Positions 49,827 to 59,930 of a stretch of DNA of 63,790 nucleotides are shown in pieces. The notes under the pieces were generated by a model. That model was not told the DNA's origin and searched no databases. It saw only the letters and a list, made by a program, of their open reading frames with translations. Source of the DNA: a virus (lineage: Duplodnaviria > Caudoviricetes); the IMG/VR virus record IMGVR_UViG_3300033076_000704, positions 1 through 63,790 of that record; one strand, given 5' to 3'. Numbering within the stretch: the stretch's first letter is position 1; the number at the start of each line of letters is the position of its first letter. A program made the translations under genes and the position numbers.

Positions 49827-50914
49827 TGGCTACTCTTGATTTTCTTTTTCAAGGCTCACCACCGCCCTCAGTAACCAATCAAACCACCAGCATACAAGGG
49901 ATGCCGGATTGGTATCAGGATTATACTAAGGGGCTTATTGCTCGTGCCAATCAAATAGCGGCAGAGCCGTATCAGCCGTATCAGGGTTCGCGCATTGCGG
50001 GGCTTAATGACCGCGATAGGCAAGCAGGCCAGATGGTGCAGGGCAATATCGGCTCATGGCAGCCATATCTTAATACCGCGAATAATCTCTATGGCCAAGC
50101 CGCTGGCATGAGTTCGGTTGAGGCTGGCTCACCGCTTATCAATCAAGCCGCACAAGGCAGTTCGCTTAATACAGCGCAGCCTTATATTGGTGCAGCAGGG
50201 CAAACATGGCCATCGGCTATGAATCAGTATATGTCGCCATATACGAATAGCGTGGTGGATGAGATAGCTCGCAAGGGTACGCAAAACCTGATGGAAAACA
50301 TACTTCCGGGGGTTAATGATACCTTTACTGGCGGCGGGATGTTTGGCGGTTCTAGGCACGCTGATTTCACTAATCGCGCAATTAGGGATGCTTCAGAAGG
50401 CATTGCAGGGCAACAAGCGCAAGCACTCGAAAGAGGATACGGAACATCAGCCAATATCTTCGGCCAAGACCAGTCACGGCTTGCAGGACTTGCTGGAACA
50501 GTGGGCGGTCTATCAGGCCAAGACCTTGCAAGGCAATTGCAGGCAGGCCAAACACTCGGCAGCCTTACCAATCAGCAACAGCAGATGCTCAGCAATCTCG
50601 GCCAGAATCAGGCTAATCTTGGCCAACTTCGCAGTTCTCTTGGTGCGGCGGACGCAGCATCTATTGCAGCATTGGGTGAGACAGAGCGCGGACTTACGCA
50701 GAATATGCTTAATTCGCAGTATCAGGACTTCCAGAATCAGCAGAATTATCCATGGCAGCAGATGGCTAACCTTTCAAGCATCGTAAGAGGCCAGCAGATA
50801 CCAACCAGCACTACGCAGCAATATACTGGCGCTGGTAATTATTACAGCCCATCACTTGCCTCAACATTGCTTGGTGCAGGTGTAGGACTTGGCTCGCTTG
50901 GGGGTTATATCTGA
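49826..50914 (+). CDS. internal virion / DNA ejection protein
   Basis: Gln/Gly-rich; Y.PY.G.RIA, YMSPY...V, FGGSR, YQDF..Q..YP. Confidence 0.72.
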   Translation: MATLDFLFQGSPPPSVTNQTTSIQGMPDWYQDYTKGLIARANQIAAEPYQPYQGSRIAGLNDRDRQAGQMVQGNIGSWQPYLNTANNLYGQAAGMSSVEAGSPLINQAAQGSSLNTAQPYIGAAGQTWPSAMNQYMSPYTNSVVDEIARKGTQNLMENILPGVNDTFTGGGMFGGSRHADFTNRAIRDASEGIAGQQAQALERGYGTSANIFGQDQSRLAGLAGTVGGLSGQDLARQLQAGQTLGSLTNQQQQMLSNLGQNQANLGQLRSSLGAADAASIAALGETERGLTQNMLNSQYQDFQNQQNYPWQQMANLSSIVRGQQIPTSTTQQYTGAGNYYSPSLASTLLGAGVGLGSLGGYI

Positions 50915-52248
50915 TGGCTGGATTATTTGATGACAAATCACTTAAAGCACCCCCGTTAATGGGCGCAAAGGCAAGAAATAAGCTCAACAAGCATGGATAT
51001 TACCGGATGCCGCCCAATATGAAGGGTATTCATTCTGCTGCTGAGGGCGGTCTTGGTGGGGCAATAACCAAAGGCCGTAAGCTGAGGGGATATGCAGAGG
51101 GTGGCTTGGTTGATATAACTGACCAAGAGCCTAATGAGATAAGAGGAATAGGTGGCTCAGATATGTTAATCGGCGGAAGCGGCGATGACGATTTAGGGGT
51201 GGGTGGGATTGCTCCTGATGAGCAGCCAACTTGGGAGCAGGCACTTGCATCACCAAGCGCACAATCTGATGCAGAGAACCAAGCTGCCATTAACCAAGGC
51301 ACAACTAACCTTGGGCAGATAATGGCAGCAATGCAGCAGAAAAATGCCCTAACACAGCAGTATCTCGATAATTATAAGCGCTCCCGTGAAGGTGGCGTTA
51401 ATTTACCCGCTTTGCAATTTGCCGCTGGCCTTATGTCACCAACTCGCACAGGTTCATTCGGTGAGTCAATGGGCGCAGGTATAGGTATGGGTGCATCTGC
51501 CCTCGCACAGCAGCGCAAGGAAGATGATGCTTATAATGCACTTAAAACCAAGTTGGGCATTGATGCTGCGGGGCAAAATGTAGATGATTTGATTAAGTTA
51601 AAGCAGGCGGAGTCTCTTAATGATTACAGAAAAATACTTGCTGAAAATCGAAAATCTGCTGCTGAAGATAGAAGAAGCGCAAAAATAGATAGCGATACTC
51701 AGAAATTATCTACCGCACTTGATAAACAAGGTATTCCAGAATTAGGACAGGCATTAACCGAAGTAGAAGATGCTTTGAAGACCTTTGAAGGAAAGGATGT
51801 TCCCGGATTTGGGGAAGTTGCAGGGCAATTGCCTGATGTAGCTGTTAGTTCAGAGGGGTTAGATTTGCGACAAAAAGTATCACGAGTGGGTAATGCAATC
51901 CTAAAAGCAAGAAGTGGTGGTGCAGTAACTCCTCAAGAAGCTAGCAGGCTATTAAGGGAATTGGGCGTCAATGAATCATCTGATGGAAGCATTACTCTTA
52001 ATGCTCGTCCTGATAAGCAGATTGTTAATGGTATGAAGATGGTAGGAGATACCTTACGGGCAAAAATAGCTAATGTGCGTGGGGGTTTTGCATCAGAAGT
52101 GATAGATGAATATAAATCTCGTGGTGGAAGTGGATTTGATTATGAAAAAAGAACAGAAGATAAAGAGGCGATGCCTTCGCCTGAAGCTACAAAGCAAATA
52201 GGTAATAAAAATTATGTTAAGATTAATGGCACATGGTATGAACAATGA
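50914..52248 (+). CDS. internal virion / DNA ejection protein
   Basis: YAEGG, PTRTGSFGES motifs; position in ejection cluster. Confidence 0.65.
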   Translation: MAGLFDDKSLKAPPLMGAKARNKLNKHGYYRMPPNMKGIHSAAEGGLGGAITKGRKLRGYAEGGLVDITDQEPNEIRGIGGSDMLIGGSGDDDLGVGGIAPDEQPTWEQALASPSAQSDAENQAAINQGTTNLGQIMAAMQQKNALTQQYLDNYKRSREGGVNLPALQFAAGLMSPTRTGSFGESMGAGIGMGASALAQQRKEDDAYNALKTKLGIDAAGQNVDDLIKLKQAESLNDYRKILAENRKSAAEDRRSAKIDSDTQKLSTALDKQGIPELGQALTEVEDALKTFEGKDVPGFGEVAGQLPDVAVSSEGLDLRQKVSRVGNAILKARSGGAVTPQEASRLLRELGVNESSDGSITLNARPDKQIVNGMKMVGDTLRAKIANVRGGFASEVIDEYKSRGGSGFDYEKRTEDKEAMPSPEATKQIGNKNYVKINGTWYEQ

Positions 52249-54950
52249 GGCCAGTAACTGACCCAGCATTGCTAGAGCAACTTGATGGAGTGCAATCTGA
52301 TTCAGGTTTAAAGCCAGTTCAAGACCCTAATTTACTCGCTCAATTAGAAGGAAGGCCGCAAGTAGATTTTGGAAATGATTTTATAGGCGACCTTTCAAGG
52401 CAAACATATAAAAGACTAATAGGGGCAAAGCAATTAGCTTCCGCTTTTACTTCGCCTATTGATACGGCCATTCACTCTTTATTGCCATCAACTATTCAAG
52501 AGAGAATAGAGCAGAATGAGCAAAAGATGAAAAATAATGAAGACATAATAATTGATAGTATCCGACAAGGAGAAAAAGACCGTGGCTTAGCGGCACTACC
52601 CGCAGCCTTTCTTGACCCAGTTAACGCTATTCCTCTTGGGGCAATTGATAAGGCGACGAAATTAGGTCGGGCTGGGCAAGCGGCATTAGCGGGTGGTAAG
52701 TTTGGAGTTATTTCTGGTGCATTAGAGCCTCAAAAGCAAGGGGAATCTCGCTTAGATGATATCGCAACTCAAGGACTGCTAGGGGGAGTTTTAGGAGGGG
52801 TCACTCAGCCAATATTAGATGTAGCCTCGCAAGGAATTAAAGGGCTGGGGCAATATCTTTTTAAAGTCAACCCAGAGAAGATATCTCAAATGGAGTCCGT
52901 TGGTATGAATCCCACTATCCAAGCAACCACCGAGAGGCCATGGGTGGCTCAGGCTGCAAATGTACTTGAAAACATACCGGGAGTAGGCAGGGCATTTAAG
53001 AAAACTGCCGAAGGATATGAGGATGTAGCAGCAAATACACTGAAAAACGCCGGACTTCGGGGAGTAATTCAGCCTGAAGATGCGGGAAGAACACTAGAAT
53101 CTGGATTAAGAAATACCTATGGAATAACCGACTTAAATGAAGAGGCGGCATGGAATGCGCTTGAGCAAGCATTTCCACCAACTTCGCTAGTTGAAGCAAG
53201 TAATGTTGTAGGTACAATTGGGGCATTGTCCAAAGCAATTCCAGAAGGTAAGGGACTCACTCAGCAGCAAATTACAGAACAGGCAACCAGCCCTGTTTTG
53301 ACCCAAGCCCGCAAGGCATTTGAACCACCGCCACCGCAAGTAATAGCTCCAGAAAAGTCATCTTTGGATTTATATTTATCTGGGCAACCAAGACCAGCTC
53401 CGCTAATTGTCGATAAGGAGGCTGAGGAACTTGCAAAAAGAACGACTACTTATGGCGCATTAAATCAAGCCCGTAAGGATGTGTTTGCAAAGGCTAAGGA
53501 CTTAGGGGTAACGCAGCCCGGTCTTGCGGGAGAAGAATCTGGCAAAGCATCCTCTCTTTATGGGGCATTCAAGAGTGATGTACGCAATCAGCTAGAAAAA
53601 GAAGGGATTGATACAGGGCTACTTGACGCAGCGGATACGGCCACTCAAGCTAAAAAAGTGGTAGCAGATAAAATAGATGCCTATTTCGGCGATATAAAGA
53701 AAAAAGTTACCCCATCAGGTGCAAGTTTCGAGGTTATTAAAACAAATGAGAGAACGCCAGAAACGGCTTTTAATAAAGTTATTAGCGGCCTTAAAAAAGG
53801 GGGTAGCGAACTCAATGAATTACGCCAGATGCTAACTCCCGAAGAAAATCTGGTACTTACCGATGGAATATATAGACATCTTTCAGCCGATGATACCGGC
53901 ATTTCTAAAATAAAGTGGGCTGATAATTATCGAAAATTCTCCGATGAGGGAAGACTGGCCTTTGCAAATAATGACCCAAAATTAAAAAGCAGTTTAGATG
54001 ACCTTTCTTCTGCTATTCGTAATATACGAAATATTCAGGGATTTGATACAGCTAAGAGCGCTAATCGCCTTATAACTGCTGGTGCGGTAGGAACACCAAC
54101 GGGATTGTTATCTGTAATGTTTGGAGTGCATCTAGGGGCTTCCGGTGGTTTGATAGCTGGAGTTGGTTCCACATTTGCCTTAAGTAAGGCTCTCTCAAAA
54201 TTAATGAACGACCCAGTTGCTACCAAAGCATTAGCCGATTGGACGCGACTTGCTCCTAGCAAAGTGGGTTTGGCGAGAAAAGGCGCTTTAAACTCCTTAT
54301 ACAAAGCTATTGGGGATTCTCAGTATCTCAGTGATGAAGATAAGCAAATATTAATAAAGGCAAACGAACAAGGAACCCCCAATGCCCCTCAAACACCTAC
54401 TCCTGCTGCCCCTGTTACTCCTCCCCCAGCACTAGAGCCTGCGCCAGATAAGGGTGCAGGCAATGATATACCGCTGGATATTATCAAGGAAGAGGGGTTG
54501 CGGCTATCGGCTTATAAAGACCAGAATAATAATATCACGGTTGGCTACGGCTTTAACATGGATGATGATTCGGCTCGTAAAAGATGGGAAATGGCTGGTA
54601 TTGATGCACCATTTCAGGATGTAAAGCGTGGCAGAGTGGCACTTACACAGGAGCAGGCAGATAAGCTCGCGCAGTTCTCTTATAAACTCGCTCAGGATGA
54701 TGCCCGTAGGATATTCCCTAATTTTGATAAGCTCTCACCAAACAGGCAGGCGGCACTTACAAACCTAAGCTATCAGTGGGGCGGGACTGCTCTAGGTAAA
54801 AACAAGGATGTTATTCTCGCCATTAAAAATGGGCGGTTTAATGCTGCTGCCAACAGGCTTGCTCGCCATCCCAAGGCTCAAGATACATCAAAACGCGCCA
54901 AGCGTATAATAACGATGCTCGCCAAGGACTTGCCTTATGACAAAGTATAG
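52245..54950 (+). CDS. large ejection protein with C-terminal T4-lysozyme-like (GH24) domain
   Basis: EEGLRLSAYKD....TVGYGFN; RQAAL.NL.YQ.G. Confidence 0.78.
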   Translation: MRPVTDPALLEQLDGVQSDSGLKPVQDPNLLAQLEGRPQVDFGNDFIGDLSRQTYKRLIGAKQLASAFTSPIDTAIHSLLPSTIQERIEQNEQKMKNNEDIIIDSIRQGEKDRGLAALPAAFLDPVNAIPLGAIDKATKLGRAGQAALAGGKFGVISGALEPQKQGESRLDDIATQGLLGGVLGGVTQPILDVASQGIKGLGQYLFKVNPEKISQMESVGMNPTIQATTERPWVAQAANVLENIPGVGRAFKKTAEGYEDVAANTLKNAGLRGVIQPEDAGRTLESGLRNTYGITDLNEEAAWNALEQAFPPTSLVEASNVVGTIGALSKAIPEGKGLTQQQITEQATSPVLTQARKAFEPPPPQVIAPEKSSLDLYLSGQPRPAPLIVDKEAEELAKRTTTYGALNQARKDVFAKAKDLGVTQPGLAGEESGKASSLYGAFKSDVRNQLEKEGIDTGLLDAADTATQAKKVVADKIDAYFGDIKKKVTPSGASFEVIKTNERTPETAFNKVISGLKKGGSELNELRQMLTPEENLVLTDGIYRHLSADDTGISKIKWADNYRKFSDEGRLAFANNDPKLKSSLDDLSSAIRNIRNIQGFDTAKSANRLITAGAVGTPTGLLSVMFGVHLGASGGLIAGVGSTFALSKALSKLMNDPVATKALADWTRLAPSKVGLARKGALNSLYKAIGDSQYLSDEDKQILIKANEQGTPNAPQTPTPAAPVTPPPALEPAPDKGAGNDIPLDIIKEEGLRLSAYKDQNNNITVGYGFNMDDDSARKRWEMAGIDAPFQDVKRGRVALTQEQADKLAQFSYKLAQDDARRIFPNFDKLSPNRQAALTNLSYQWGGTALGKNKDVILAIKNGRFNAAANRLARHPKAQDTSKRAKRIITMLAKDLPYDKV

Positions 54951-55323
54951 CTCTTGCAAAAAATCGCCCTATGCGTTAAAATCCAAAGAGGATGCTAAGG
55001 CAAGCTCGGTTATTGGTTTGCAGCCCGTTATAAACCATACACCGAGTTGGAAGAAATTTATGGCTGACTGGCATTTAGATAAGCGTGTTCCTATATCCCT
55101 GATAATCATGATAGCCGTACAGTCGGCAAGTGCTATCTGGTGGGCTTCCAGCGTTGAAGCAAAAATTATTGAGCAGCAGAGGGCCAGTGATTTAGTAACG
55201 GCATATATTACCAAGCAAACAGATAACGATAAGCGCACCATTGAGATACTTGCAAGGCTTGATGAGCGCGTAAGACAGCAATCAGAGATGCTTGCTACAA
55301 TAGACCGCAAGGTGAATAAATGA
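54937..55323 (+). CDS. single-pass membrane coiled-coil protein, lysis-associated (likely start 55060)
   Basis: WHLDKRVPISLI...Q....IWWAS then coiled coil. Confidence 0.6.
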   Translation: MTKYSSCKKSPYALKSKEDAKASSVIGLQPVINHTPSWKKFMADWHLDKRVPISLIIMIAVQSASAIWWASSVEAKIIEQQRASDLVTAYITKQTDNDKRTIEILARLDERVRQQSEMLATIDRKVNK

Positions 55324-55787
55324 GAGAAGATGAAGTGATAAAAGAGGCGGCTAATTTTGTAGCTAAATTCGAGGGATTTCGCTCAGAGCCTTATCTTGAT
55401 GCTGGCGGCGTTGCAACTATTGGATATGGCACTACAAAGGGCGTTAAAATGACTACTGCGCCTATTACAGAAGAAAAGGCCAGAGAGTATTTAATGTTTG
55501 ATTTGAATGATGCCAATAAGACCATAAATTCCTTAGTTAAACCGCTTATAAATAAAAACCAGAAAATCGCACTTTTGAGTTTTGTTTACAATGTGGGTGC
55601 TGGAAATTTTAAGTCATCTACTTTGCTGCGTCGCATCAATGCTCAGAAATGGGATGATGTGCCAACGCAATTTAAGAAATGGGTGTATGCTGGTGGAAAG
55701 AAGCTGAACGGCCTTATTAATCGTAGAGAGGCTGAAGCTGCGTTATTTATCAAACCTGTGAAGGAGAATGAAGATGGAACAGCTTAA
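55320..55787 (+). CDS. endolysin, GH24 lysozyme
   Basis: FEG....PYLD.GG..TIGYG, AL.SF.YNVG, GL..RR..E. Confidence 0.95.
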   Translation: MREDEVIKEAANFVAKFEGFRSEPYLDAGGVATIGYGTTKGVKMTTAPITEEKAREYLMFDLNDANKTINSLVKPLINKNQKIALLSFVYNVGAGNFKSSTLLRRINAQKWDDVPTQFKKWVYAGGKKLNGLINRREAEAALFIKPVKENEDGTA

Positions 55788-55977
55788 TAAACTTTTAGAT
55801 GGTAAGAAGACATATATTGTTTCCGGGCTTACAATAATTCTTGTATTGCTTGAGAAATTTGGTGGTGTAGATGTGCCGGGCTTTACTGTAGGCGATGATT
55901 GGTTTTCAGTTATCATTGCCGCACTTGGTCTTGGTACACTTAGAGCTGGTGTAACTAAATCAGGCCCTACTACATAG
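55768..55977 (+). CDS. putative holin
   Basis: LDGKKTYI, two hydrophobic segments, LGL.TLR.G; MKM start. Confidence 0.65.
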   Translation: MKMEQLNKLLDGKKTYIVSGLTIILVLLEKFGGVDVPGFTVGDDWFSVIIAALGLGTLRAGVTKSGPTT

Positions 55978-55987
55978 GAGAAAATAA

Positions 55988-56368
55988 ATGGCCACGACAT
56001 ATTATGATAGCATAGTTCAAACATCGCGCTTATGCCCTGTGCTTACAGTTACAGGGGTATCTGCTTCAACATCTACGGTTAAATGGCCGGGTGGGCGCGG
56101 TGTGGTGGCCATGTTCAGCACATCTGGAACAAGCGGCTTCTCAAGTGGTGTTGTTACACTAAAAGCAACAGTTGATGATACTGCAATGGCATATACTGCT
56201 GTGCGCTCTGATACTGGTGGAACGGTAGCTACTAGCTCTGATGCTTTCTTCAACTTTATGCTACCGAAGGGATTTGCATTAAGGGCTGATATTGCTACAG
56301 GTACTACTAATAGCAATGTGAGTGTAGGTATTTACAGAACCAGCGCACTGGATGATGTAACCACCTAG
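55988..56368 (+). CDS. small beta-rich virion protein
   Basis: 126 aa, Thr/Ser-rich, GGAG RBS. Confidence 0.5.
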   Translation: MATTYYDSIVQTSRLCPVLTVTGVSASTSTVKWPGGRGVVAMFSTSGTSGFSSGVVTLKATVDDTAMAYTAVRSDTGGTVATSSDAFFNFMLPKGFALRADIATGTTNSNVSVGIYRTSALDDVTT

Positions 56369-56381
56369 AAAGGGGCTAAGG

Positions 56382-57956
56382 GTGGTATTAAATCACAGAT
56401 TTCAATCTCCCAAAGCAGACGGGGCAGACCAATCACAGGTACGCCCCTCTAACTGGAATGATACCCATGTAGTTAATACTTCATCGGCTGGCTTGCTTGG
56501 CCTTACTACTACAGGCACTTCAAGCGAGATAGAGGTTATCACTTTAGGTGCTGGCTTATCATTCTCAGGAAGCAGTATTGTGGCCACGGCGAGTGGCTCT
56601 GGAAGTGTATCTACATCTGGAAGCGTAAGCGCAGGACAGGCTACTGTATTTACTGATAGCTCTACCATATCTGGGTTCACTGGTACAGGGGTGCTGTATG
56701 CTACTAGCGGGGTATTGAGCACTACATCTATCGCTACAGTAACCACGGCAGGTGCAGTTAGTGCTGGCCAAATGGTGGTATTTGCTAATTCATCTACTAT
56801 ATCGGGGTTTGCTGCGACAGGGGTTCTGTATGCCACATCTGGCATAGTCAGCACCATATCGGCAGTTACTAACGCAGCATCGCTCACTAGCGGCAATATA
56901 GTTATAGGGCAGAGTGGTGGTGCGGTTAAAACAAGCGTGGTTAATATTAATACTAGTGGCGATATTAGTGGTATCAACGCTATTGACCAATCTCTTACAA
57001 TCGCTGGTGCTTGCACCGTGGAGGGTACGCTTAGTGCTGACTCGTTAATTTTGACCGATTATGCTTATATGCAGCGTGCTGTTGTAAAAAATGGCGGCAC
57101 TATTGTTTCCGATGGAGATGCAGGGAATACATTAACTATTGGCGCATGGGATGTGGATGGTTCAACAACCTCAGCGTTCATAACTCTTACCTCTAACAAT
57201 ACCCCCACCTGCGACCTTGCATCCTCTGTAACTCAATCAGGCGCACGCATATATAATGCTAGCACAACAATACCCTACACTGGCATTCAGACCGTTACCG
57301 CCTCAACACTATTAGGCAATCCGAATACATCAGTTAGTAATGCTCAATCCATTACATTAGGAAGCGGTCTAACCTTCTCAGGGACAGCTATTGTAGGTAG
57401 TGCATCGGGACTTACTAAAACAGAGTGGTTTCACCCTAATTTATTCCTTACAGCAGGATATACTAATCCCCCTACAACTGGGCAGGCAACCCCAGATGCA
57501 ACAGGCGGAAGCCCATCTATGCGTCGCGTTCAATTTCAGAAAGATGCGGCTAATGTTATTTATTCTGGTGTATCATGGATACCGCCATCCGCTTGGGCGG
57601 CAACTACAAGCCTTACTGTAACATTATTTGGATTCAAAACCACCGCAGGTACAGGCACAAAAATGCAAATGAAGGTGCGAGCTGGGGCATATAGTAATGG
57701 TGATGTATTTAATGGTTCATGGTCAGCAGCAGCAACAAATATTAACTTTAGCATTTCAAGCGCATCTACCAATACTATGTTTACCGCCAGTGGGGTTGTA
57801 ACAATAGATAATACTCCGGCAAAAGGTGATTTAGTATTTATTCAAGTAGCAAGAGATTCCACAACAGGTAATTCAGCCAATGATGATTATGATAATACTT
57901 TTGGCATTGCCAGTATGATGATTTCATTTGGAATTGATAATATAGATGGAACATAA
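56382..57956 (+). CDS. tail fibre / spike-like protein
   Basis: H.F.S.K.DG.D...VRPSNWN..H N-terminus; internal ~43-aa duplication; ITLG.GL.FSG twice. Confidence 0.65.
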   Translation: MVLNHRFQSPKADGADQSQVRPSNWNDTHVVNTSSAGLLGLTTTGTSSEIEVITLGAGLSFSGSSIVATASGSGSVSTSGSVSAGQATVFTDSSTISGFTGTGVLYATSGVLSTTSIATVTTAGAVSAGQMVVFANSSTISGFAATGVLYATSGIVSTISAVTNAASLTSGNIVIGQSGGAVKTSVVNINTSGDISGINAIDQSLTIAGACTVEGTLSADSLILTDYAYMQRAVVKNGGTIVSDGDAGNTLTIGAWDVDGSTTSAFITLTSNNTPTCDLASSVTQSGARIYNASTTIPYTGIQTVTASTLLGNPNTSVSNAQSITLGSGLTFSGTAIVGSASGLTKTEWFHPNLFLTAGYTNPPTTGQATPDATGGSPSMRRVQFQKDAANVIYSGVSWIPPSAWAATTSLTVTLFGFKTTAGTGTKMQMKVRAGAYSNGDVFNGSWSAAATNINFSISSASTNTMFTASGVVTIDNTPAKGDLVFIQVARDSTTGNSANDDYDNTFGIASMMISFGIDNIDGT

Positions 57957-58859
57957 ATGCCCCTCGATATAACAGTAACCAATCCTTACGGTAATCCTGA
58001 GAAGGGCAAGTTATTCGATAATACTGAGCAGCCATTTATGAACGCTGAAGTAGCTGGCCTTGGTGATACTGCATATCAAAGCCTTTATTTCGCCAATGGT
58101 ACAGTTGCAGGGCAGAATGTAGTGAATATATCTAACGGCCAATGGCCTACTACGCCCACGCAAACATGGCTTGGTGGCATTGGTAAAGTATCTATGGCAA
58201 CACCAGCTACAGGAAGCACACTAGATGCTTATGGAGTAACATTAACCTCATCTGGCGGCTCTACCCCTGCTCAGGCTACAACCAGCCTTCAGACGCGCTC
58301 CAGACGGGTTCAGTTTGATACGGGCACATCAACCACCAGCACGGCAGGTATAAGAACTACATACGGCCAATGGTGGCGCGGTACAACAACAAGTGAGGGT
58401 GGCTTCTTATTCAATGCAGTATTTAGCCAGAATACAAATGTATCCGGCCATACGGTATTCATCGGGCTATGTGAGAGTACGGCCACATTAACTACCAGCG
58501 CAGCAATACTGACGAATAGCATTGGGATAGGATACGATACTACGGATAGCGCAGCCGGTAACTGGTACACATTCAGGAATGATGGCTCTGGTACTGCAAC
58601 AAAGGTAGATACAGGCGTGGCAAGGAATACTACCTCGGTATTAGAGTTCTCAGCCTATTGTAAGGGCGCATCGGGAAATATAACGGTAAGCCTTATTAAT
58701 CGATCAACTAGCTCTGTAGCCTTCTCATCTTCAAGTTACTCAACTAACCTGCCTTCTAGTAATACATTCTTGGCAATGAAGGCTGAGTGCTGTAATATGA
58801 GTACGACAAGCAATGGGGGGTTGTTGCTTTATAAGATGTATGTGGTGAGTCCAGAATGA
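57957..58859 (+). CDS. Thr/Ser-rich virion / receptor-binding-like protein
   Basis: 300 aa beta-rich; K.DTG.A, TNLP. Confidence 0.5.
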   Translation: MPLDITVTNPYGNPEKGKLFDNTEQPFMNAEVAGLGDTAYQSLYFANGTVAGQNVVNISNGQWPTTPTQTWLGGIGKVSMATPATGSTLDAYGVTLTSSGGSTPAQATTSLQTRSRRVQFDTGTSTTSTAGIRTTYGQWWRGTTTSEGGFLFNAVFSQNTNVSGHTVFIGLCESTATLTTSAAILTNSIGIGYDTTDSAAGNWYTFRNDGSGTATKVDTGVARNTTSVLEFSAYCKGASGNITVSLINRSTSSVAFSSSSYSTNLPSSNTFLAMKAECCNMSTTSNGGLLLYKMYVVSPE

Positions 58860-58943
58860 ATGATTATGATATATTCATGGCGTGCATGGGTGGTATCTTG
58901 ATAGGTATGATAGTAATAATAGGTATAATTTGGCAGATGGACG

Positions 58944-59180
58944 ATGAGTAGTGTTATTTTAATTAAAATAGGGGTTGCAGCATTATCAGCTATACTTTTG
59001 GGCTGGTATGCCAAGTGGAAATTCTATCAAAGTGGTAAGCAGACTCAAAGGGAGATATACAAGGATGCAGAAATCAAGCAAGGCAACAAAGAAAAAGAAG
59101 TTCTTGGGATGCTGGCGCAGCCTGACGCCTCTAGTGATGATGAGCTTATTGGCAGGCTGCGGGGAAAAAGAAGGCGGTAA
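58944..59180 (+). CDS. i-spanin (Rz-like)
   Basis: N-terminal TM helix, short periplasmic helix, overlapped by a lipoprotein gene. Confidence 0.65.
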   Translation: MSSVILIKIGVAALSAILLGWYAKWKFYQSGKQTQREIYKDAEIKQGNKEKEVLGMLAQPDASSDDELIGRLRGKRRR

Positions 59181-59355
59181 TCACGCTATTGTTCCTGTGG
59201 TTGAAATGGATGACTGCACAGCAAATTACTTAGATACTATCAAACCATTAAATAGATGCTTATCTGGATACTTGAACCGAGTTGACCATCAACAGGATGT
59301 ATTATTCTGCCTTAAGCCTGAGAACGCCGATAGTGAGTTATGTAAGGGGCGTTAA
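59065..59355 (+). CDS. o-spanin lipoprotein (Rz1-like)
   Basis: +1 frame overlap with i-spanin; basic N-terminus and lipobox LLAG-C. Confidence 0.65.
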   Translation: MQKSSKATKKKKFLGCWRSLTPLVMMSLLAGCGEKEGGNHAIVPVVEMDDCTANYLDTIKPLNRCLSGYLNRVDHQQDVLFCLKPENADSELCKGR

Positions 59356-59930
59356 CTAATATAGCGGATGGATTCTCCGCAATGCCCTACCTGCTTAGAT
59401 AGTTCCATATCCACCCATATCTTATATCCAAGTGCTCTAGCCCTGTCGCAGAACTCAACATCCTCACCTACTATTTCAGAACGACCTTCATTAATAGCCC
59501 ATCTAAAATATGGCTTATCCATCTTATCAAATACTGATGTGCGTATTAGCATAACTCCCATAGGAACACGCCCAGCTTCACCTACACCTATTGCATCAGC
59601 CTTAATGCCTTCCCATTCAGCCGTACATCCCATTGGCTCTGTAGTGCCTTCCCTACGGCAATATGTGGCACATACTATATCCTTATCATGAGCAATTAAT
59701 CTCATAAGCGTATCAGGCGGGAATACCATATCCGAATCAAGGAATAATATGTAATCCGATTTATTCTCTTGCGCCCTCTCTACCAGCATTGAACGACTAA
59801 CAGGCAATACCGAGCTTCGTATGTTGGATATAAATATCGGAATACGGCTCTGCAATACCAGAGATATAAGCGACATTGCGAAGTTGGTATGGATAAAATC
59901 GCGGGAAGGTATGGCTATTGTGACTGACAT
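59352..59930 (-). CDS. GT-A fold glycosyltransferase (paralogue of 40014..40721)
   Basis: DYILFLDSD (DxD), G.MLI, GED..FC..A...GY.IWVD, GH.G. Confidence 0.85.
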   Translation of the reverse strand: MSVTIAIPSRDFIHTNFAMSLISLVLQSRIPIFISNIRSSVLPVSRSMLVERAQENKSDYILFLDSDMVFPPDTLMRLIAHDKDIVCATYCRREGTTEPMGCTAEWEGIKADAIGVGEAGRVPMGVMLIRTSVFDKMDKPYFRWAINEGRSEIVGEDVEFCDRARALGYKIWVDMELSKQVGHCGESIRYIS

